From assembly GCA_050013795.1 (NCBI GenBank), contig JBEKEO010000007.1:1-62160 (forward strand): 62,160 nt of DNA, given 5' to 3'. The notes beneath the pieces are model-generated. The model worked only from the letters and a program-made list of their open reading frames with translations. It was not told the origin of the DNA and made no database searches. Position 1 is the first letter of the stretch. Each line of letters starts with the position of its first letter. Shown here in pieces: positions 1 to 8,122 of the stretch. The translations under genes and the position numbers were made by a program. This DNA is from Bacteroidales bacterium (GTDB lineage Bacteria > Bacteroidota > Bacteroidia > Bacteroidales > CG2-30-32-10).

Positions 1-253
1 ATACATGGCTATGGAAATTCCAACGGTAATGTCGGCTGTTGGCGTTAATAAAGAGATAATCTCTGAAGGAGTAAATGGATTTCTTGCATCTTCAGAGGAT
101 GAATGGATTACAAAACTTTCATTATTAATTGAATCGGAAGAACTCAGAAAGAAAATTGGAATAGAAGGCAGAAAAACAGTTATTGAAAAATATTCTGTAG
201 ATTCGCAAAAGCAGAGGTATCTTGAATATTTCAATGAACTATTAAAGAAATAG
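1..253 (+). CDS. Glycosyltransferase (GT-B fold, family 1/4-like), C-terminal fragment; gene starts upstream of the window
   Basis: Frame is open to the window edge. Translation PTVMSAVGVNKEIISEGVNGFLASSEDEW...RKTVIEKYS resembles the conserved C-terminal sugar-donor-binding segment of GT1/GT4 enzymes. Confidence 0.6.
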   Translation, partial: YMAMEIPTVMSAVGVNKEIISEGVNGFLASSEDEWITKLSLLIESEELRKKIGIEGRKTVIEKYSVDSQKQRYLEYFNELLKK

Positions 254-293
254 GTCTTCTAAATGTAGGAAAGTAATTATTACTTTAACCTTA

Positions 294-396
294 GTGTAAC
301 TTTGTGGCAACTTTGAGTAGCGGAGTTTATCCTGATAAAGGAAGGAGGGAATAGCTATTCACAAAGTTTCACAAAGAATCTCAAAGGTTCACAAAG
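294..396. repeat. Inverted arrays of short phased CACAAAG/CTTTGTG repeats around a ~40-bp core (gene-less miniature element)
   Basis: CTTTGTG at 300-306 and CTTTGAG at 311-317 on the left. CACAAAG/CTCAAAG at 360, 370, 380 and 390 (exact 10-bp spacing) on the right. Confidence 0.6.
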
Positions 397-446
397 AAAA
401 TATAACTGAGAAATAAGTTTGATTAACAATATCCAAAATTAATATC

Positions 447-1043
447 ATGTTACACCAATCATATACTTACGACCTGGTTGAAGCCGGTTGTGATGAAGCA
501 GGACGCGGATGCCTGGCAGGTCCTGTATTTGCTGCTGCTGTTATTCTTCCACCCGGTTTTGATGAGCCTTCATTAAATGACTCAAAGAAACTAAGCCCTC
601 AGATAAGAGCGAAGCTTCGTAAAATAATTGAGAAAAAGGCTATTGCGTATGCCGTGGCATCAGTATCAAATAAAGAAATTGACAGGGATAATATCTTGAA
701 TTCTTCCATCAATGCGATGCATAAAGCGATTAAAAAACTCAAAACAAAACCCCAGTTATTACTCATTGACGGGAACAGGTTCAGGAAATTCGAAACTATT
801 CCTCATAAAACCATTGTGGGCGGTGACGGACTTTATATGTCAATTGCGGCAGCTTCTGTACTTGCAAAGACATACAGGGATGAGTATATGGAAAAACTTG
901 ACCGTGAATGTCCTATTTATCATTGGGGAAAGAACAAAGGTTATCCTACTACGGCACATTATGCAGCGATAGAAAAGGAAGGCATTTCAAAATATCACAG
1001 GAAAACGTTCAACCTGAATCCACAGTTGAAAATGTCGTTCTAA
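447..1043 (+). CDS. rnhB: Ribonuclease HII
   Basis: 198 aa. N-terminal [14 protein letters not shown] catalytic motif and overall RNase HII layout. Confidence 0.93.
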   Translation: MLHQSYTYDLVEAGCDEAGRGCLAGPVFAAAVILPPGFDEPSLNDSKKLSPQIRAKLRKIIEKKAIAYAVASVSNKEIDRDNILNSSINAMHKAIKKLKTKPQLLLIDGNRFRKFETIPHKTIVGGDGLYMSIAAASVLAKTYRDEYMEKLDRECPIYHWGKNKGYPTTAHYAAIEKEGISKYHRKTFNLNPQLKMSF

Positions 1044-1069
1044 TTGTTAGCCCTCTTTTACTTTTTAAC

Positions 1070-1106
1070 CGCAAAGGGCACAAAGATCTTCACAAAGGAC
1101 GCTAAG
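1070..1106 (+). repeat. Second copy of the CACAAAG-type phased repeat (single arm)
   Basis: CGCAAAG at 1070, CACAAAG at 1079 and 1091, CGCTAAG at 1100. Preceded by TTAACC, as in the 288-293 copy. Confidence 0.5.
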
Positions 1107-1186
1107 AAAATGAGGAGTGTTTTCTGACTGCAAAGTGCCTACTGCCACTGCCTCCTTTGTCTGTTTTTCCTTTTCTGATTAATTTT

Positions 1187-1936
1187 TTAAGGCTCGTCGT
1201 CGGGTTTGGGCTTATCGGTGGTTCCGATATATTTTCCGTTTATATCAAATATCAGTTGGTGTGTTTCTTTCATACCGGCTTTTTTGACTGTAACATAATA
1301 AGAAATCCCTTTATTATAATTACCGGTGGCTGCTTCCTTAATAACATATCCATCAAAATTTTGCTTGATATATATTGAAACAGGAGAAGGAAGTTCTTTT
1401 TTGTCAATAGTTTCCAAATTGCTGACGGAATTTGTAGTGTCCAGCCTGGTGGGATTATCAGTGCTTATAGCATTAGGGTTTACTTTAGGAACTGCTTTTT
1501 TAATAAATTTTCCTGCCAGTGTATAGGTCAGTTCCATAGAAGGCTGTGCAACGCCTTCTTTTTTAACTACTGCAAAATAATAATTATTAGTACCCAATTC
1601 CTGCACCAAATAAGCTGTTTTAACTTTATAATCCTTGAAATTTTGTTTTATATGCATAACAATTGGGCTTGGCAATTCCCTTTCAGGCACTATATATTTT
1701 GTGTTATGCCATACCCCGTCTTCTGTATATCCGGAAATACCTTTCTGGTTATCCTTATTGGTGAAACTAACTACATACATGCTTGTGTCTTTTTCCCATG
1801 ATGTAACCGTAACATTAGGTAGTTTTGCTTTGAAAGCATCCTGAACCTTGGCAGGAACATCGCTTTCCTTAATACTTTGCGAAAAAACAGGAATGCAAAG
1901 AAACAAAGAAACAAAAATTGTAAGATAAGTTTTCAT
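1187..1936 (-). CDS. Secreted PepSY-like (beta-lactamase-inhibitor-like) repeat protein
   Basis: Signal peptide MKTYLTIFVSLFLCIPVFS. Repeated modules of the LP..V...I...F....V......E type, typical of PepSY-like/DUF2874 periplasmic proteins. Confidence 0.65.
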   Translation of the reverse strand: MKTYLTIFVSLFLCIPVFSQSIKESDVPAKVQDAFKAKLPNVTVTSWEKDTSMYVVSFTNKDNQKGISGYTEDGVWHNTKYIVPERELPSPIVMHIKQNFKDYKVKTAYLVQELGTNNYYFAVVKKEGVAQPSMELTYTLAGKFIKKAVPKVNPNAISTDNPTRLDTTNSVSNLETIDKKELPSPVSIYIKQNFDGYVIKEAATGNYNKGISYYVTVKKAGMKETHQLIFDINGKYIGTTDKPKPDDEP

Positions 1937-2008
1937 ACCGCTATATTTTAAAACAAAGTTAAAAATAATTGAATAAATGATTATGAAATATTATTTATAT
2001 TAATAATA

Positions 2009-3301
2009 TCATTTTATTATTATTTGTTTTCTGTCCGGACCGGTTGAAATGAATGTTACCGGAACATTTACCTCTTTCTCAATATAAGCGATATAGTCTT
2101 TCAGTTCGGCAGGGAGAGTGTCGAAAGAAGAGATGTTATCCAGCTTGCTGTTCCATCCTTTCATTTCAAGAAAAACAGGAGTAAGTTCGCCTGGCCTGAT
2201 TTCATAAGGAATATAATCCAGTCTTTTTCCTTTATACAGGTAATGAGTGCAGATATTTATTTTTGAAAAAGCATTCAGCACATCAGCCTTCATTAATATA
2301 AGCTGGCTTACTCCATTGAGCATTATGGAATATTTAAGTGCCGGAATATCCAGCCAGCCACATCGGCGTGGACGACCGGTTGTGGAGCCGAATTCGTTAC
2401 CAACTTTCCTAAGCGCTTCGCCATTCTCATCAAAAAGCTCGGTTGGAAAGGGACCACTGCCAACACGGGTGCAGTATGCTTTAAAAATGCCATACACCTC
2501 TCCTATTGTCTTTGGTGAAATTCCAAGTCCTGTGCAAACGCCTGCGCATATTGTGTTGGATGAAGTAACAAAAGGATAAGTGCCGAAATCAATATCGAGC
2601 ATAGAGCCCTGTGCCCCTTCTGCCAGTATGGTTTTGTTATCTTTTCGTTTATCGTTGATAAATATTTCACTGTCAATAAAGGGAAATAGTTTCATTCTTT
2701 CAATGGCTTCAAACCATTTGGTTTCATATTTTTCAAACAGGTCGCCATCAATTTTATAATTCACATAATCAAAGCAAAGATTCCTCACAAGTTCAAGATG
2801 TTTTTGCTTTAATGATTCATATATGTCACGGAAATTACTTTTTTCGATATCCCCCACCCTGATGCCATTTCTTGATGTTTTATCAGTGTATGCAGGTCCT
2901 ATTCCCTTCAAGGTAGAACCTATCTTTAGAGTTCCTTTCGAAGCTTCGCTTGCGGCATCCAGCAGCCGGTGCGAAGGAAGAATAAGATGAGCCTTACGCG
3001 ATATCAACAAGTTCTTTGTTGCATTCACATTTCTTTCATCAAGTTTGTCGATCTCTTTCAGAAAAATAACAGGATCAATAACAACGCCGTTACCAATTAC
3101 ATTAATCTTATCAGGATGAAAGATACCCGAAGGAATGGTGTGAAGCACATGCTTTATCCCGTCGAATTCCAATGTATGTCCAGCGTTAGGACCTCCCTGG
3201 AAACGGGCAATAATATCATAATCAGGGGTAAGAACATCCACTATTTTACCCTTGCCTTCATCACCCCACTGAAGGCCTAGCAGAACATCAACATTCGTCA
3301 C
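2009..3301 (-). CDS. purA: Adenylosuccinate synthase (GTG start)
   Basis: 430 aa. QWGDEGKGK P-loop at the N-terminus, GIGPAY, TTGRPRRCGW motifs. Confidence 0.95.
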   Translation of the reverse strand: MTNVDVLLGLQWGDEGKGKIVDVLTPDYDIIARFQGGPNAGHTLEFDGIKHVLHTIPSGIFHPDKINVIGNGVVIDPVIFLKEIDKLDERNVNATKNLLISRKAHLILPSHRLLDAASEASKGTLKIGSTLKGIGPAYTDKTSRNGIRVGDIEKSNFRDIYESLKQKHLELVRNLCFDYVNYKIDGDLFEKYETKWFEAIERMKLFPFIDSEIFINDKRKDNKTILAEGAQGSMLDIDFGTYPFVTSSNTICAGVCTGLGISPKTIGEVYGIFKAYCTRVGSGPFPTELFDENGEALRKVGNEFGSTTGRPRRCGWLDIPALKYSIMLNGVSQLILMKADVLNAFSKINICTHYLYKGKRLDYIPYEIRPGELTPVFLEMKGWNSKLDNISSFDTLPAELKDYIAYIEKEVNVPVTFISTGPDRKQIIIK

Positions 3302-3340
3302 AGGTGTATAGAATTTTATTTGTCACTGTCGATACGCATG

Positions 3341-3383
3341 CAAAATAGCAAATAGCAAACAGCAAATAGATAAGAGAAAATAT
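3341..3383 (+). repeat. Heptamer tandem array (CAAATAG)n flanking the four-helix-bundle gene
   Basis: caaaatag caaatag caaacag caaatag ataagag aaaatat. About six consecutive 7-nt units ending 6 bp from the gene's stop codon (3' end). Confidence 0.7.
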
Positions 3384-3388
3384 TTTCC

Positions 3389-3769
3389 TCATGTTTTATT
3401 GCTTTTTGCTGTTACAAGTGAACTACTAAATATTTTAATATATTCAAAACTTTCTTGTAAAAGAAATTTCAGATCAGAATCTTCATCATTAATTAAATTC
3501 GATTTTTTTATTAACCGAAGCCAGAAATTCGATTCCCTCACCTCTTTTAACGTCACTTGCGTTTTATGAATGAAATCTGCTTTTGATTCAGCTGCAATGG
3601 ATTCTTCATAATTGGCACCTGATGAAGAACCTGCTCGAAATAATTGTCCGTATATATGTCTTCCGGCGTAGGTTTTGCAAAGCTTAGTTTCAAGTTTAAT
3701 TATTATTGCAGCAAACTCTAAAAACCTTTCGGACATTATTTCTGCAAAATTATTTTTATTGTTTACCAT
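3389..3769 (-). CDS. Four-helix-bundle protein (23S rRNA intervening-sequence protein family)
   Basis: 126 aa. GQLFRAGSSSGANYEESIAAESKADFIHKTQVTLKEVRESNFWLRLI is the hallmark core of this family. Confidence 0.85.
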   Translation of the reverse strand: MVNNKNNFAEIMSERFLEFAAIIIKLETKLCKTYAGRHIYGQLFRAGSSSGANYEESIAAESKADFIHKTQVTLKEVRESNFWLRLIKKSNLINDEDSDLKFLLQESFEYIKIFSSSLVTAKSNKT

Positions 3770-3783
3770 TAAAAAACAATTTT

Positions 3784-3818
3784 CTATTTCCTATATTCTA
3801 TTATCTATTTTCTATATT
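3784..3818 (+). repeat. Heptamer tandem array (CTATTTN)n, inverted relative to 3341-3383
   Basis: ctatttc ctatatt ctattat ctatttt ctatatt. Five 7-nt units; the reverse complement matches the NAAATAG units of the left array. Confidence 0.7.
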
Positions 3819-3844
3819 TATAGATAATTTTTGATTAGCATCAC

Positions 3845-4300
3845 TTAGTAAATTCTATTACAGTGTTTCTTACATCTTCCATAGAAAATAAGGGAATGAT
3901 GGTTTACCTCGAAATCCAATTGAGAGCCAACTGAAGATTCAATATCCTGTATTCTAGGGTCGCAAAATTCCATCACTTTCCCGCATTCAATGCATATAAC
4001 ATGATCATGCTGCTTGAATTTAAACGCACGTTCATATTCCGCCATGTTCTTTCCAAACTGATGTTTTACAACCAGACCGCAAAGAAGCAAAAGTTCAATG
4101 GTATTATAAAGGGTTGCCCTGCTTACCCTGTATTTGCTCTTCTTCATGCGAATATACAGAGAGTCTATATCGAAATGACCTTCCTGCAGATAAATCTCTT
4201 TCAGGATAGAGAACCTTTCAGGAGTCTTCCTGTGTCCATTGGTTTCAAGGTATTTTGTAAATATTTGCCTGACGGTATCTAAAGTTTCCTGATCAATCAT
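3845..4300 (-). CDS. fur: Fur-family metal-responsive transcriptional repressor
   Basis: 151 aa. Winged-helix N-terminus, [15 protein letters not shown] and C-terminal CKKHC metal-site motifs. Confidence 0.85.
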   Translation of the reverse strand: MIDQETLDTVRQIFTKYLETNGHRKTPERFSILKEIYLQEGHFDIDSLYIRMKKSKYRVSRATLYNTIELLLLCGLVVKHQFGKNMAEYERAFKFKQHDHVICIECGKVMEFCDPRIQDIESSVGSQLDFEVNHHSLIFYGRCKKHCNRIY

Positions 4301-4399
4301 TTGAAAAGATTTTACCGTATAAAATTATAAAAAAAACAAAATGAGGATACGATTATTTAAAAAAATTCTAAATAAATTAAAAACAGGCAGTTAAATGGC

Positions 4400-6652
4400 T
4401 TATGCTTTATCAATCCTCACAACCTGTTTTACACCTTCAACTTTTTTAAGATTATGTATAAGATCGTGTAGATGTTTAGTGTCTTGCACATAAAGCATTA
4501 AGGTGCCTTCAAATGTTCCGGCGTTAGTATCAATACTGATGGAACGCATGTTAAGGTTCAAATCGTTGGAAATTATTTTAGTTATCTCATTTACAATACC
4601 AACTTTATCGATGCCAATAATTTTTATACCGGCCAGAAATGCAAGGGATTCATTATTAGTCCATTTTGCCTTTATTGTCCTGTAGGCATATTTCGACAAG
4701 AGGTTAACGGCATTAGGACAATTGGTGCGATGAATCTTTATTCCTTCGCCTATGGTAACAAACCCAAAAACATCATCACCGGGAATTGGCGTACAACATG
4801 GGGACAAAGTATATTGCAACTTGTCCATATTGTCGCCTATTAAAAGTGTATCTGAGCTATTCTTGAGTTGTTTTGCTATTTCAGGTTTAGGGCGTTGTTC
4901 AGGCACATCTTTTTCTTTCCCCGCAAACCGTGTAAATGGGGATGTAAGGTACTTAAGCCATCTGGAGCGATCCCTGTCCTGAACATATGCTTTTAATTCG
5001 CGTAAACCAATCTTCCCAATAGCTACCTGGCAGAAAAGATCCTGGGAATTGGGAAGTTTAAAGTAATTAAGAAGTTTGGAGATATTGACATTATTGAATT
5101 CAATTTTTAGTTGCTTCAATTTGCGCATCAATATTTCTTTGCCTTCTTCGGCAAGTTGTTTCGTTTCTTCCTTTAATGCTGATTTTATGCGGGATTTTGC
5201 TTTTGCCGTGATGACATATCCAAGCCAGTCCTCTTTGGGCTTTTGTTTAACAGATGTTATTATTTCAATCTGGTCGCCGCTTTTAAGTTTATAATTGAGA
5301 GGTACAAGTCTGTGATTGACTTTTGCGCCTATGCAACTGTCGCCTATTTTTGAATGTATGTTATATGCAAAATCAAGAGTGGTGGAACCGATGGGCAATG
5401 TTTTTAATTCTCCTTTAGGTGTAAAAACAAATATCTCGTCGGAAAATAAATTTAATTTAAAATCATCAAGAAAATCCAGCGCGTTGCCATCAGGGCTTTT
5501 AAGAAGTTCGCGTATTTTCTTCAGCCAGTCGTCCAGACCACTTTCGGCAGAAGTGCTTTCTTTATATTTCCAGTGAGCGGCATACCCTTTTTCGGCAATT
5601 TCATCCATGCGCTTGCTCCTGATCTGTACTTCCACCCACCTGCCGGTATCCTTTAAATTAAACATAACAGTGGTATGAAGCGATTCATAACCGTTGGCTT
5701 TGGGGTTCGAAATCCAGTCGCGAAGCCTGTCTGGATTGGGGTGATAGAAATCGGTGACGATGGCATATACTTTCCAGCATTCGGCTTTTTCCTGTTCGGG
5801 AGGAGGATCAACTACAATACGGATGGCAAAAAGATCATATACTTCTTCAAAAGGTATTTCCTTTTTTTTCATCTTTTCCCAAACGGAATTTACGCTTTTC
5901 ATGCGGGAAGTGATGGTAAAGTTAATACCCTGCTTTGTCATTTCTTTTTTAATAGGACTGATAAAGCGGGTGATAAACCGTACACGTTCGGGTTCCGATT
6001 CTTTGATTTTATGTGCTATGTTTTCGTAAACTTCCGGCTCTGTATGTTTAAGCGCCAGGTCTTCCAATTCGCTTTTAATAGTATAAAGCCCAAGCCTGTG
6101 CGCCAGAGGGGCAAAAAGATAAAGTGTTTCGTATGATATTTTAAGCTGCTTATCCTTTGGCATGTGGCTTAAGGTGCGCATATTGTGCAGGCGGTCGGCA
6201 AGCTTTATAAGAATTACCCTTACGTCGTCCGACAGGGTCAGCAGCATTTTCTTGAAATTCTCGGCTTGTATGGAAGGAGAATTCTGATCAAAAATCTTCG
6301 AAATTTTTGTCAGCCCGTCAATGATGCGGGCAACCTTTTCGCCGAACATACCGCGAATATCAGCTAAAGTATAATCGGTATCTTCAACAACATCATGCAG
6401 CAATGCACAAACAACCGAAGTGGTGCCAAGCCCTATTTCGGCAACAGAAATCAGGGCAACGGCAATAGGATGGTAAATATACGGTTCGCCCGATTTGCGC
6501 CGCATATCATTATGAGCCTCCAAAGCCAGGTTGAATGCTTTGCGTATCTGTTTCTTGTCTTCAGCATTGGTATTGGGTTTGCAAGCTTTAAGCAAAATCC
6601 TGTACCGCTTAATTATTTCAAGCCGTTCTTTTTCCTCGTTCTTTTCCTGCAT
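4400..6652 (-). CDS. rel: Bifunctional (p)ppGpp synthetase/hydrolase, RelA/SpoT family
   Basis: 750 aa. HD hydrolase motif LHDVVEDT, synthetase region YESLHTTV, TGS and C-terminal ACT-like segments. Confidence 0.93.
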   Translation of the reverse strand: MQEKNEEKERLEIIKRYRILLKACKPNTNAEDKKQIRKAFNLALEAHNDMRRKSGEPYIYHPIAVALISVAEIGLGTTSVVCALLHDVVEDTDYTLADIRGMFGEKVARIIDGLTKISKIFDQNSPSIQAENFKKMLLTLSDDVRVILIKLADRLHNMRTLSHMPKDKQLKISYETLYLFAPLAHRLGLYTIKSELEDLALKHTEPEVYENIAHKIKESEPERVRFITRFISPIKKEMTKQGINFTITSRMKSVNSVWEKMKKKEIPFEEVYDLFAIRIVVDPPPEQEKAECWKVYAIVTDFYHPNPDRLRDWISNPKANGYESLHTTVMFNLKDTGRWVEVQIRSKRMDEIAEKGYAAHWKYKESTSAESGLDDWLKKIRELLKSPDGNALDFLDDFKLNLFSDEIFVFTPKGELKTLPIGSTTLDFAYNIHSKIGDSCIGAKVNHRLVPLNYKLKSGDQIEIITSVKQKPKEDWLGYVITAKAKSRIKSALKEETKQLAEEGKEILMRKLKQLKIEFNNVNISKLLNYFKLPNSQDLFCQVAIGKIGLRELKAYVQDRDRSRWLKYLTSPFTRFAGKEKDVPEQRPKPEIAKQLKNSSDTLLIGDNMDKLQYTLSPCCTPIPGDDVFGFVTIGEGIKIHRTNCPNAVNLLSKYAYRTIKAKWTNNESLAFLAGIKIIGIDKVGIVNEITKIISNDLNLNMRSISIDTNAGTFEGTLMLYVQDTKHLHDLIHNLKKVEGVKQVVRIDKA

Positions 6653-6805
6653 AGCGAATACCCAATGATATTAAACCCTTATTATTCCTTTGCAAAATTA
6701 ATGTAAAAATGGAAGCAAATCAATTCAATTTATTCATAATTATTGAAACGATATGAAAAATATCTCTACTTATAGAAATTTAGGAAGTAAATTGCTAAAG
6801 TGAAT

Positions 6806-8107
6806 TTAAACCTGTGAATTGCCGATAATCCTGCTCAATTCTTCAGCCTGTTGTTTACGGGAATATTTAAAATGCAGGTCGTTCTTTCTGTCAAGGTTAT
6901 GATTCTCTTTCCATGAGTTGATAAGGCTTTGCAGGTACTGTTTAAGTTTACCCTTTTCTTCATAATCAAATGTCTCCCCTGCTGAACATTCCCTGATTAT
7001 TTTGGCGGCATCACCATTTTCGGGTCCAATACAAACAATTGACTTGCGGGATGCAAGATATTCAAAAAGCTTGCCTGTAAGTATCCCTTCGTTATTTGCA
7101 ATACGCGGAATGGCAAGAAGCAGTATGGTACTACCTAAAATATATTTTATTGATTCGTTATGAGGAACATAATCTATCGCTTCAAAATGAATGCCACTAC
7201 AGGTTATCTTTACTCTTAACGATTCTGCCAGTTCTCCAACAAAACGAAGTTTAAAATACACACCCCAGTTTTCATTTTTAATTTCAGCAAGTACCTCAAT
7301 AAAATTATCAATTCCGTAATTTGCAGCAAGGGTACCTGTGTATGTTATCAAAAACTCATTTGCAGGCGGATTTGATGATGGCATTTCAAAATCAACTTCA
7401 TCATAGCCATTGGGGATAACATGTATCTTTTCAGGATTTATCTTTGTTGATTTTGAAAGAAACATTCTTTTAATGGCATCGCTCACGACAAGGATTTTAT
7501 CGGCATTTTCAAGCACTGTCTGTTCATATCCGGCATCTTTCCTTTTTGCAAAGCCAAGATGCATCATTTCCTTATAATAATAAATATCCGTCCAGGGGTC
7601 GCGCAAATCGGCAATCCACGGAAGTCCTGTTTCCTTTTTGAGTTGCAGACCTATCAACTGTGTGGAGTGAGGCGGACTGGAAGTAAGGATAGCGCTGAAA
7701 GTTTCCTGCTGAATCAATTCTTTTGCTTTCGCAATGGCATATTTATTCCATCCTTTACGCGCATCAGGGATAAACATATTTCCTCTTATAAAGCGCGATA
7801 TCTTTTGTATAAAGCCGGGCTTGCCATCGTTAGCAAAACCGGAATGAGGAATATCCTTTTTGTTCGTTACCTTGCTGTACAGCTTAAAAGGTTCGGAGGT
7901 ATCTGTCCGGAAGACCTTGATATTCTCAGGAACTTCCTTCATTAATGAATTATCCGTTACCGGGTAGGATGCTTTATTTTCATCAACCGTAATGACATAA
8001 GGAAGATAACCGAATTCGGGCAGATAGCGGGCAAACTTAAGCGTGCGCTGAACACTGGGGCCTCCGCATGGCGGCCAGTAATATGTAATAAGTAAAACTT
8101 TTTTCAT
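6806..8107 (-). CDS. Glycosyltransferase, GT-B fold (family 4-like)
   Basis: 433 aa. N-terminal KVLLITYYWPPCGGP and C-terminal EGILTGKLFEYLASRKSIV donor-binding segment. Confidence 0.75.
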   Translation of the reverse strand: MKKVLLITYYWPPCGGPSVQRTLKFARYLPEFGYLPYVITVDENKASYPVTDNSLMKEVPENIKVFRTDTSEPFKLYSKVTNKKDIPHSGFANDGKPGFIQKISRFIRGNMFIPDARKGWNKYAIAKAKELIQQETFSAILTSSPPHSTQLIGLQLKKETGLPWIADLRDPWTDIYYYKEMMHLGFAKRKDAGYEQTVLENADKILVVSDAIKRMFLSKSTKINPEKIHVIPNGYDEVDFEMPSSNPPANEFLITYTGTLAANYGIDNFIEVLAEIKNENWGVYFKLRFVGELAESLRVKITCSGIHFEAIDYVPHNESIKYILGSTILLLAIPRIANNEGILTGKLFEYLASRKSIVCIGPENGDAAKIIRECSAGETFDYEEKGKLKQYLQSLINSWKENHNLDRKNDLHFKYSRKQQAEELSRIIGNSQV

Positions 8108-8122
8108 GAGGTTGGTGACTAT

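Noticed and set aside
3326-3340. CTGTCGATACGCATG upstream of purA recurs as CTGTTGATACGCATG at 12439-12453 (14 of 15 nt).
   Set aside because: It is a single short match with no extended flanking similarity and no obvious shared context. It could be a small regulatory or repeat fragment, but the evidence is too thin without a genome-wide count.
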